This document shows, one piece after another, positions 26,612-34,287 of a stretch of 64,000 bases of DNA. Position numbers and translations under genes: made by a program. Under the pieces are notes generated by a model. It was given only the letters and a program-made list of their open reading frames with translations, ran no database searches and was not told where the DNA came from. Source of the DNA: an uncultured Candidatus Saccharibacteria bacterium (lineage in GTDB: Bacteria > Patescibacteriota > Saccharimonadia > Saccharimonadales > Saccharimonadaceae); assembly GCA_964480265.1 (NCBI GenBank), contig CAYZNY010000006.1, positions 1,219-65,218 of the forward strand, in the 5' to 3' direction. Every line of letters starts with the position of its first letter. The stretch's first letter is position 1.

Positions 26612-26842
26612 GATGGTTCTACCCAGTTACGTGGCGCGCCGCTCGGGTTTGAGTATACTGGCATTTATAACTACGATGGCTCAGTGAGTACTGTCGCCTA
26701 CGGGTACTATTGGTCGCGCTCGGCAAGATCAGATATAGCTACCTATAACTTCTACTTTGGGTCTAGTTTTGTAAATCCGCAGAGTAGTTACTTCCGTGGT
26801 AACGGTTTTGCCGTCCGCTGTGGGGTGGAACGTAAGGAATAA
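26612..26842 (+). pseudogene. cassette d: start-less FISUMP-like fragment that begins exactly at the conserved head
   Basis: DGSTQLRGAPLGFEYTGIYNYDGSVSTVAYGYYWSRSARSDIATYNFYFGSSFVNPQSSYFRGNGFAVRCGVERKE*. The listed TTG start lies inside the tRNA terminator. Confidence 0.65.
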
Positions 26843-26949
26843 CCAAGTTCGCTTTGAACATTGAAAGACACCACCGAGGCCTGCCCGTGACCGAGCTTTG
26901 GTGTAGCGTCAGGGTATGTTCAAAAAGAACTATCCTATCCCCTATTCCT

Positions 26950-27182
26950 TCACCCCTCCCATACTACACAGCGGATGGCAAAACCGTGTCCGCAGTAATC
27001 GTTACCCTGAGGGTCGACATTCGTCAGGTTCGTATGCAGGTAGCGACCGTACGCAGCCGAATAGCTAGCATCCGACCACCAGAGGCCACCTACGGTACGA
27101 TTGAAGATGTAGCCATTGGAACGACCGTAGAGGCCCGTACGGAGAAAGTTGAGAGCGGCGCGCTACGTAGCTGGATAGAACC
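26950..27182 (-). pseudogene. cassette e: FISUMP-like fragment with head and body in different frames
   Basis: The body reads LNFLRTGLYGRSNGYIFNRTVGGLWWSDASYSAAYGRYLHTNLTNVDPQGNDYCGHGFAIRCVVWEG*. The head (GSIQLRSAP) is joined to it out of frame, because the junction is 2 nt longer than in a, c and d. Confidence 0.65.
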
Positions 27183-27202
27183 GGAGGAGATTTACCGTTA
27201 GA

Positions 27203-27243
27203 TGTAGACAATTAATTTTTATGCTATAATAAAATTGTCTACA
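27203..27243. promoter_or_regulatory. 11-bp inverted repeat (TGTAGACAATT/AATTGTCTACA) bracketing a TGcTATAAT -10 element; operator-like
   Basis: The arms are at 27203-27213 and 27233-27243, and the -10 is at 27225-27230. A third TGTAGACAA copy is at 27339-27347. Confidence 0.5.
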
Positions 27244-27370
27244 CAATTAGTGAACAAATCGAAAATCTGCAAAAAACAGATCGATTAAGGTTAATAGGCG
27301 GCAACTGTCCTAAGACAATCTTAATCAGATTTGTTCGGTGTAGACAACCAAAGGCGGTTGTCGCTTTTTG
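27237..27370 (+). promoter_or_regulatory. structured 5' leader (or small RNA) ending in a terminator-like hairpin
   Basis: Nested pairings: GAACAAATC(27252)/GATTTGTTC(27328), ATCTG/CAGAT, GATTAAG(27283)/CTTAATC(27320) and TAGG/CCTA. Then GACAACC/GGTTGTC (27343-27362) followed by GCTTTTT. Confidence 0.45.
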
Positions 27371-27407
27371 TTAGTAACCTATGATGCATCAAGATTATGG
27401 AGGTAAC

Positions 27408-28376
27408 ATGCGCAAAAATCTCAAAAAAACAACTGATCCAGCTGGCAGTGATTTCCCCTCCGGCAATTTAAACTACCTCGATGAGGTGAAGGATATCAAG
27501 ATCACTAAGCGTCGCCGTTCCCTAAAACCCGTGCTCGTCATGCTTTTAGTGGCGACTGGACTGGCCGGAGGGGTGATAATGGTAATGATTGACGCTGCAA
27601 ACCGCCCAGTTGAAGAAGTAGCAACAGATGAATCGGAAAGTAATACTATTGACGCGCAAACTCGGCTAAATACCTGCCTAAAAGTTGCCCGGTCCGACAT
27701 CCAGGAAGGCGATCCAGAATTCTACCCAAAGCTGATTGCAAATTATAAAACTCAGATTGATTGTTATAATAAATTCGACAGTGAGAACCCGGCCAAGCAA
27801 GACCTAGAAAACGAACTCGGGAATGCAGAAATTGCTGCCCGTAATGCAGGAATCAGTCAAGCAGCGATTGACGCAGAATACAACCGAAAGGCAGCACAAA
27901 TTGAGGAAGATTATCGTGTTCAAATGGCGGCTCTAGATGCAAGAGCAGCCAAACAAGACGCCGAAACGAGGCGCTGGCTTCAAGAGGATGCTGAAAACGC
28001 AGCTAGGCGCCAAGCAGAGTGGAAATCTGAACAAGCTCAATATGACACACAACAAAAGGCGCGAGATGAGGCAAATACTAGGGCTGAACAAGAAAAAATT
28101 GCAAAATGTAATGCATACCGAGCACAATATGGAACAAAGACGCCACAGGAATTGGCCGAAAATGACCCAGAGGTGAAAGGACTGAGAGAGGTATGGCAAA
28201 GAAGCACAGAGCGCAGCCAAGCAGCAGGACATAGTAACAATGTAGCCGGCCAATCAACAGCAACTGAAAAAGCTAGTGAACTCAAAAAACAAACACTCAA
28301 CGATTACAACGCTTATAATACCAAACTACGAGAAAAAATAAATTATTATGCCAATCTCAGTTTGGTATGTAATTAA
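27408..28376 (+). CDS. bitopic coiled-coil membrane protein, function unknown
   Basis: The start was moved to MRKNLKK because GGAGGT lies 4 nt upstream. The TM segment is VLVMLLVATGLAGGVIMVMI, followed by a Q/A/E/R-rich coiled coil. Confidence 0.7.
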   Translation: MRKNLKKTTDPAGSDFPSGNLNYLDEVKDIKITKRRRSLKPVLVMLLVATGLAGGVIMVMIDAANRPVEEVATDESESNTIDAQTRLNTCLKVARSDIQEGDPEFYPKLIANYKTQIDCYNKFDSENPAKQDLENELGNAEIAARNAGISQAAIDAEYNRKAAQIEEDYRVQMAALDARAAKQDAETRRWLQEDAENAARRQAEWKSEQAQYDTQQKARDEANTRAEQEKIAKCNAYRAQYGTKTPQELAENDPEVKGLREVWQRSTERSQAAGHSNNVAGQSTATEKASELKKQTLNDYNAYNTKLREKINYYANLSLVCN

Positions 28377-28450
28377 ACTCAGGTTTTTATTTGCGCTCCT
28401 GTCGCCCGTAAACTATTCAACCATCTCCTTTCTACGCCACAGAGCCACAA

Positions 28451-28480
28451 AAAACTCTGAGCAAAAACTCAGAGTTTTTT
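28451..28480. terminator. bidirectional intrinsic terminator
   Basis: AAAACTCTGAG-caaaaa-CTCAGAGTTTT, with A/T runs on both sides. It lies between 27408..28376 (+) and tRNA-Gly (-). Confidence 0.7.
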
Positions 28481-28482
28481 GT

Positions 28483-28557
28483 TGGTGCGAGTGGAGAGAG
28501 TCGAACTCTCATCTCAAGTTTGGAAAACTTGCATACTAACCGCTGTACTACACTCGC
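28483..28557 (-). tRNA. tRNA-Gly(TCC), CCA encoded
   Basis: The reverse complement is GCGAGTGTAGTACAGCGGTTAGTATGCAAGTTTTCCAAACTTGAGATGAGAGTTCGACTCTCTCCACTCGCACCA. Confidence 0.9.
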
Positions 28558-29310
28558 AAAACTACCCTGGGGTGCCTTGTCGAGTCGAAATGGAACCAAA
28601 TTGCCTCAGAGTTTTTCAGAGTTAAACATATTATCTCTGTTTCTCCTCTATCGGCATATTGCCATCGATGACAAGCTACCTACCGCGTTACCCCTATGCT
28701 TATATAAGATGTAGGCCTTATCTTCTACACCTTATGACTGATTATAACACGAATAATTGAGTAAAAGCAAAAAATAGAGAATAGGTGAATATCCCCCTTG
28801 TTGCCTTGGAACTTATACTGATAGGTCTCGTTGTGACACTAACTCTAACACACTTAGTGGATATAGATTAAACAGACATAGACCGATACACTCAAGAGAG
28901 ATAACTGATACGATTTCAGTTTGATCAAGACCAACCAAAGAGAAGTGGTAGAGAAATAGAGTACACTAATACTAGCTCGCGCTAAGATAGCAGATACTCA
29001 ATCACTGGGGAGTTAAGATCCTAGTTCATACACTCGATATCTCATCAAGCTTCTGATATTCTACCCCTAGTGTAGCATGATATCGGCGAGGTGTTTTTTA
29101 TTTTTGGGGACTTTTTTGCTGATTTTTGGTTGTTTTGGATGATTTCGATGAAGCAAAACTAATGACCCCTATCGTTATATAGAGATATGCCAGTTCCTTG
29201 CAGACCAAATGCGACAACCTATAAAAATGAAATTGGTCTGATACTATAAGAGATGGAGGTCTAGTTGCCTCCTATTGTATAAATATTTATAAGAACACGG
29301 AGGAATTTTG

Positions 29311-29724
29311 ATGTTCAAAGATATAATTAACCAAATAGTAAGAGATTATCCCGAAGAGCAGCTATTATCAGCAATAGAAAATCTCGACGGAGAGGAATGG
29401 ACGACGGATTATAGAACGGCTATTATAGAAAGCGATAGCAACGGTTCTTTTGGTGATGCGTCAAAGATTAAGGATAAATATGATGCAGTCTACAATTTTC
29501 AACCAGAGATTCATCCATCTGGAATTAACTTTGTTATAAAAACACATAGCTCTGATTTTTGGGTTGCTATGCCTTTGCTTCCGTTTGTGAGCTGCTTTGG
29601 GCTGAATAATATTCTGTATTCTGGAGAAGGCTTTGACTGGCAATTCAAACTAATCGAGGAAACTGCTAGAATGTGTGGTGTTGAACCGAGCAATGATATT
29701 ATTCGGCATATGTATATGGCTTAG
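29311..29724 (+). CDS. hypothetical protein (island cargo)
   Basis: The ATG has GGAGG 8 nt upstream. No motif was recognised. Confidence 0.55.
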   Translation: MFKDIINQIVRDYPEEQLLSAIENLDGEEWTTDYRTAIIESDSNGSFGDASKIKDKYDAVYNFQPEIHPSGINFVIKTHSSDFWVAMPLLPFVSCFGLNNILYSGEGFDWQFKLIEETARMCGVEPSNDIIRHMYMA

Positions 29725-29852
29725 TGGCTAATTAAATGGGTTTTGCCGTATTATCGTATACTTTTAGTCTCTAGACTAGCCATTCTCTCTATATCATTTC
29801 TCTTTGACAACCAAAAAATCATCAGCAGATAAAATGGTATAGTAAAACTATT

Positions 29853-30419
29853 ATGGCTAGACCGTCAAAATACAACAAAGAACTAGTAGCGCAAATTGTC
29901 GACTATATCGCTGATGGGCTAACTATCCGTGATACTTGCTATGGGGCTGGGATATCTGAGGACACTTTTTGGAGATGGAATCGAGAAAAGCTAGAGTTTG
30001 CTGAAGTTATCAAAGAAGCTACCAATCGCCAAAAGTGGACTAGCGAAGCTTTGAAGCGTACGAGCGAGTACCGAAGGTACACGAGAAAGGCTCATATCTA
30101 TTCTAGAAAGACGCTGAAGCGTCAGAAGCCTGTCCGTGTTCGTATCGCATCAGAAAAGCCCTTAGAACGAGCCCTAGAAGCCTCAGAGGGCATAATTAGC
30201 CAAAACACTGGTAGACGGCAGCCAAGTCCAAGAAATATCCTTCCGACTCGTTCTGAGGCTCCGATTAATGCTTTTGGTGAATTGGTATTCTCTAGGCCCT
30301 ACTACAACCAAACTACCGACCGAGTTGAATGGATTGAGAAAGAAACCTACGGTAGATATGTCCTCCACTCGTGTAGGGTGGAAGTGTGGGAGGAATCGTT
30401 AGCAAAGAATGAGGGATAG
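29853..30419 (+). CDS. HTH DNA-binding protein resembling phage terminase small subunits
   Basis: The N-terminus MARPSKYNKELVAQIVDYIADGLTIRDTCYGAGISEDTFWRWNREKLEFAEVIKEA follows the RPSKY...I...G.S...C...GIS..TF..W...EF pattern common in phage small terminase/HTH proteins. Confidence 0.4.
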   Translation: MARPSKYNKELVAQIVDYIADGLTIRDTCYGAGISEDTFWRWNREKLEFAEVIKEATNRQKWTSEALKRTSEYRRYTRKAHIYSRKTLKRQKPVRVRIASEKPLERALEASEGIISQNTGRRQPSPRNILPTRSEAPINAFGELVFSRPYYNQTTDRVEWIEKETYGRYVLHSCRVEVWEESLAKNEG

Positions 30420-30463
30420 CCCAGTATTAGACTATCCCTCACAAGTACTGCAAATAGCTAAAA

Positions 30464-31861
30464 CTATTTGTTATTCTTTTTGCGTAGAATTTGCCTTCGA
30501 GCCACAATAGTAGCACCAGCAGCAGTTAGAACCGATACAACACCAGCAGCAATTTTAATGCCAGCTGTTGCAGCAGATGAGCCGTCACTCTTGGCGATAA
30601 CACCACTGTTTGGGGCTTTGCCTTTTGGATATTCAACAATACCGTAGACACTAAAGTGGTCAGTCTCAAAGGTTAGCCAACCGTCACTACTGACTTTAAC
30701 ACCCTTGATGGCTTGGGCTTGGTCGGTGAGATATTCGCCATTCATAGCCATCGGAACATAATAGACGACAAAATCGCTATTTACATTCATATTGCTTGGC
30801 AGTTTGATAGATACTTGGACTTTGCCAGTATCAGTGACGACATTGTTTAGGCTATCACGGATGTAGATATCGTAGAAGGCTTGGTTGAGACTATTCTTGA
30901 AGTTATTGCCAGTTAGTTTGAGCAAATCATCAGCAACTTTATCGACATTCAATGTGTAGTTGATATTGATGTTGACACCACTGACTTTGACATTCTTGTC
31001 GCTACTCTCGATAGTATTACTTGGTTTATTGTCCGTATTGGCATTATCACCAGTTGGAGGAGTAGTAATATCCCCACCGTTGTCACCAAATGGGTCGGTA
31101 CTGAGGATGTAGTTTACTTTGAAGTTGGGGTCAATTTGGGTAGCAGCACAGACGAGCTCATAAGCAGCGTATTTGTAGTCAAAGCTGCCGTCATCTTGTG
31201 TCACACTTGGGTCTAGAGATTTTGATAACTCGAATATTGATTCATACTGATAGAAAATAGACTCACCAAAGACAGTCTTATTATAGTGGTCAATAACTCT
31301 ATTCCGTAAAGTGCCCAAGTCAGAGGTGTCAGAAACATTTATTGATGGATATGCTGCTTTGATAGCATTCTTGTAGGTGGTTAGCATCTCTGCATAAGAT
31401 TTCTCTGCTTTTGATACTGCGGCTTGTAATGCCGTATCTGTGTCATAACCGTCTGTTTTTTTGACCTCTTCTATAACGGATTCATAAGAGCGTCCATCGA
31501 AATCATACCAATCCTTGATGGCACCAGCTGCTTTTGCTTCGGTTATTAGAGTGCTGGTTATTGTAGAGAGCGTTTCACCCATTGTATTGTCAGCATTTTG
31601 GAATTTAGCAAAAGCGTCATATCCATCCACTTTTTTAGCAGAGTTGAGAATATCGGTAAAATTCCCCTTGCTAATTTGCACATTATCCCACGATGACGGC
31701 ATTGGTACATTGGGGCTACAAGCAGCACCTCCTCCAGCATACACAGCTCCATTCCCCATCATTAGATTTGTGGCGATTGGAGCCAGCGACAAAGTCGCAC
31801 AAAGTGCTCCAGTACCAATCGCAGCACAGATGCTACGAGCGTTAAAGTTGATTTTTGGCAT
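30464..31861 (-). CDS. secreted, C-terminally anchored surface protein (island cargo)
   Basis: It has a signal peptide and a C-terminal TM helix plus a basic tail (AAGVVSVLTAAGATIVARRQILRKKNNK), preceded by KAPNSG, which may be a degenerate sortase motif. GGGAGG lies upstream of the ATG. Confidence 0.7.
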   Translation of the reverse strand: MPKINFNARSICAAIGTGALCATLSLAPIATNLMMGNGAVYAGGGAACSPNVPMPSSWDNVQISKGNFTDILNSAKKVDGYDAFAKFQNADNTMGETLSTITSTLITEAKAAGAIKDWYDFDGRSYESVIEEVKKTDGYDTDTALQAAVSKAEKSYAEMLTTYKNAIKAAYPSINVSDTSDLGTLRNRVIDHYNKTVFGESIFYQYESIFELSKSLDPSVTQDDGSFDYKYAAYELVCAATQIDPNFKVNYILSTDPFGDNGGDITTPPTGDNANTDNKPSNTIESSDKNVKVSGVNININYTLNVDKVADDLLKLTGNNFKNSLNQAFYDIYIRDSLNNVVTDTGKVQVSIKLPSNMNVNSDFVVYYVPMAMNGEYLTDQAQAIKGVKVSSDGWLTFETDHFSVYGIVEYPKGKAPNSGVIAKSDGSSAATAGIKIAAGVVSVLTAAGATIVARRQILRKKNNK

Positions 31862-31915
31862 AATGTTTGCCTCCCTTGTTTTGGTTAAGTTAACTTATCC
31901 CCACAAGGTATCCAA

Positions 31916-32074
31916 AAACAAAAAGGACACCGTGCATTGGGTGTTTAGAGTCCAATTAGCAAGTAGGCTTTCGCCCCCTTGGCACGATGTCCTAGTTTGG
32001 GGCGAAAAGCACTGGTATTGAGTGTTTTCTTACCTACAGCTGCTAATTGATTGACTCTAAACAGTTTTATTATA
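31916..32074 (-). promoter_or_regulatory. extended -10 promoter plus structured leader (or sRNA) of about 147 nt with a terminator-like end, upstream of 30464..31861
   Basis: On the minus strand, TGtTATAAT is at 32069-32077. The outer stems are GTTTAGAGTC/GACTCTAAAC (10 bp) and AATTAGC/GCTAATT (7 bp). The inner stems are GTAGG/CCTAC and CTTTCGCCCC/GGGGCGAAAG. Then comes ACACC/GGTGT followed by TTTTTGTTTTT. Confidence 0.45.
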
Positions 32075-32298
32075 ACACAAAAACAAGTGGGAATACGGAA
32101 AATGCGTTGCTGGTAATAGGGGTAGGATAGTGTGAAATACACAAAGCGTACGAAAATAAAAAATCCTCTAGCGATTGCGTGCTAGTATAAAACTATACAA
32201 GACTTCGTCTGACTAATAGGCTAACAGACGGACAATCTTAATGACATCTATTGGTGACGCTCACCGGCATAACAACTCTTAGCCATAGGTGATTGCAG

Positions 32299-32526
32299 AT
32301 GTCAAAGGATATTTTCAGCCACTCAAAAACAGACAAGGCAAAACAAAAACAGTCAATTGAGGATCTCCTCGATAAGCCAATCATTAGTGTTAAGGAGGCG
32401 AGAAAGATTATTGGCAAAGAGGCCTCAAGTCGGTTCTCAGACGAGGAGCTTGGGTATATTATTGGTCAGATGAACTTTCTTGCCAACAAGATGCTCGACG
32501 CAAGTTTGGTTCCACAAAAACGATAA
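32299..32526 (+). CDS. small hypothetical protein immediately upstream of the recombinase
   Basis: It is 75 aa from the first ATG and lies 22 nt before the recombinase gene. A role as a regulator or directionality factor is speculation. Confidence 0.4.
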   Translation: MSKDIFSHSKTDKAKQKQSIEDLLDKPIISVKEARKIIGKEASSRFSDEELGYIIGQMNFLANKMLDASLVPQKR

Positions 32527-32548
32527 CTAATGGTATTATGGAGATTAT

Positions 32549-34231
32549 ATGGACGGCATTAGAAAAAAGGCCTATGGTTACAGACGCGTTTCTACCGTAG
32601 GGCAAGTAGACGGAGCTTCTCTGGGAACACAGACAGAGAAAATAACAAGTTATGCAGAAGCAAACAATATCGAAATCGTGGATTGGTTTGAGGATCCAGG
32701 TTATTCAGCGAAAGATGCTAATAGGCCAGACCTTCAAAGAATGCTTGAGTCAATCAAGAAACACAAGGGTGAAGTTGACTTCGTTATCATTCACGACAGC
32801 ACACGGTTATCCAGAAACCTAGCTTCTTTTTATGTCGATATTTGGCCCACGCTGCACAAGAACGGTGTACGGCTCTTATCAGCAACAGAGAATTACGGCG
32901 ACGAAAAAGACCCGACTGGCGACATTCCAATGATTTTCGGTGTTCTTACTGGTCAAATTGACAATAAGAATAAATCTAATTCTACTAAAAATAATATGGA
33001 TGACCTTTTTAGCAACAGTGGCTGGTGGATGGGTGGCAGAACGCCACTAGGATATAGGATTGAACGCATATTCGTTGAAGGAAGGCAGCGCGATGGTCAT
33101 CAGAAGTCCCACGCCATACTGGTGCCAGACAACACCAATGGTCTTGCAGATAAAATTGCTTTTTTGCTTAACCGTTTTTCCGAGGGTGATTTGTTATCAT
33201 CGGATCTACTTCAAATCGCCCATAAAATAGATATCCGCGGCTTCAAAGGTGAACTGCTCGCGCAAAGCACTCTAGATGGCATCTTAACAAACGAAATCTA
33301 TGCTGGATATCATACATCAAAAACGATGGCCAACCAGCAAAGGGTTAAAATGAGGTTCGGAGGCATAATATCGTTAGAGACATACGAGAAAAATCAAAGA
33401 ATTATAAATAAAAATGGCAAACCCCACGAAAAGAGTAATGAATTGGAATATCCACTCAGCAAAACTGCTTGTTGCGCTATTTGTGGCGCAATGATGACCG
33501 ACGAGGAAAGAGAAGTAAAAACCACAAAAGGCAAGCTTCCATACCTTCGTTATAGCGCACCAAAAAGTGGTTCCGGCAAGCACACTCCACGCTATAGTTG
33601 TAAATGTAGAGGACACGGATCTATTCGTGCTTCCGATGCCCATCAGATTTTTGAATGCTATCTCAAGCAAATTACGCCAACCAAAGAAATGGTAAAGTTA
33701 TTCAAAGAGATTGTGAGACGCACGGCCCTCAAAAAACTCGGCAATACCAATAAACAAATTAGCGAGCTTGAAGCAAAAAGTAAAGAGATTCGGAATGATA
33801 AAGAAAATGCTCTTAAGAAGCTTTTAAAGAACGATATGGGGCTCGACGACGGTGAACAGCGAGAGCTAATGGGGTCATATGATGCCGATCGTAGTAGGAT
33901 TGAGTCTGAACTCGCAGATCTGAAGCAAATCCAGTTATTGAGAGAAGCCGACATTGAGTATGTCTGCAACTTTATGAGTATGCCAGCTAAACTTTGGCGA
34001 GATGGCGATTTAGAGACTAAGCAAGCTATTCAAAAGATGATTTTTCCAAATGGCATATATTTTGACCTCAAGAATAAAAAGTGTGGAACCAACGAAATTA
34101 GCCCTCTGTTCTCTGTTACAGACATCAAAAAAGCACCTTCTGGTGCAGATTTGAATGCTCTGGGGTGGGATATCGGAATTGAACCGACGACCTTCTGGAC
34201 CACAATCAGACGCTCTAACCAACTGAGCTAA
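32549..34231 (+). CDS. large serine recombinase (resolvase-type catalytic domain + recombinase domain + zinc ribbon + coiled coil)
   Basis: The N-terminus is YGYRRVSTVGQVDGASLGTQ...DPGYSAKDANRPDLQRML...FVIIHDSTRLSRN, with the catalytic Ser in RVST. Cys clusters are CCAICG...YSCKCRGH. The last 35 codons or so are antisense to the tRNA-His terminator and tRNA-His. Confidence 0.85.
   Translation: MDGIRKKAYGYRRVSTVGQVDGASLGTQTEKITSYAEANNIEIVDWFEDPGYSAKDANRPDLQRMLESIKKHKGEVDFVIIHDSTRLSRNLASFYVDIWPTLHKNGVRLLSATENYGDEKDPTGDIPMIFGVLTGQIDNKNKSNSTKNNMDDLFSNSGWWMGGRTPLGYRIERIFVEGRQRDGHQKSHAILVPDNTNGLADKIAFLLNRFSEGDLLSSDLLQIAHKIDIRGFKGELLAQSTLDGILTNEIYAGYHTSKTMANQQRVKMRFGGIISLETYEKNQRIINKNGKPHEKSNELEYPLSKTACCAICGAMMTDEEREVKTTKGKLPYLRYSAPKSGSGKHTPRYSCKCRGHGSIRASDAHQIFECYLKQITPTKEMVKLFKEIVRRTALKKLGNTNKQISELEAKSKEIRNDKENALKKLLKNDMGLDDGEQRELMGSYDADRSRIESELADLKQIQLLREADIEYVCNFMSMPAKLWRDGDLETKQAIQKMIFPNGIYFDLKNKKCGTNEISPLFSVTDIKKAPSGADLNALGWDIGIEPTTFWTTIRRSNQLS
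34127..34146 (-). terminator. intrinsic terminator of tRNA-His, inside the recombinase ORF
   Basis: On the minus strand: GCACC-agaa-GGTGC followed by T6, 15 nt after the tRNA CCA end. Confidence 0.55.
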
Positions 34232-34238
34232 TCCCACC
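34161..34238 (-). tRNA. tRNA-His(GTG) with extra 5' G(-1), CCA encoded
   Basis: The reverse complement is G-GTGGGATTAGCTCAGTTGGTTAGAGCGTCTGATTGTGGTCCAGAAGGTCGTCGGTTCAATTCCGATATCCCAC-C-CCA. Confidence 0.85.
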
Positions 34239-34287
34239 ACACCAGTACGCCATCATTATACCACAATGTAGAGGCGCGCTCAATACC

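Larger units (their letters stand above)
28558..34238. mobile_element. integrative element or degenerate prophage inserted next to the 3' end of tRNA-His
   Basis: By eye it is AT-rich. It has a non-coding left arm of about 750 bp, a terminase-small-subunit-like HTH gene, a surface-protein gene, and a large serine recombinase as the last gene, reading into tRNA-His. The left boundary is not defined. Confidence 0.6.

Noticed and set aside
8992-27182. A diversity-generating retroelement (a TR/VR pair acting on the lectin-type C-termini).
   Set aside because: The C-lectin/FISUMP C-terminus, the Asn-rich copy b and the hairpin after copy a all resemble DGR targets. However, no reverse transcriptase or Avd-like ORF is in the window. 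A codon-by-codon comparison of b with e, and of a, c and d, shows many differences at non-adenine positions plus indels, so no pair behaves as TR/VR. A DGR elsewhere in the genome that uses one copy as its TR cannot be excluded.
34010-34240. A 76-aa minus-strand ORF (MVGLAQLVRASDCGPEGRRFNS...).
   Set aside because: It is a read-through of the tRNA-His gene sense strand, a classic spurious tRNA-derived ORF.
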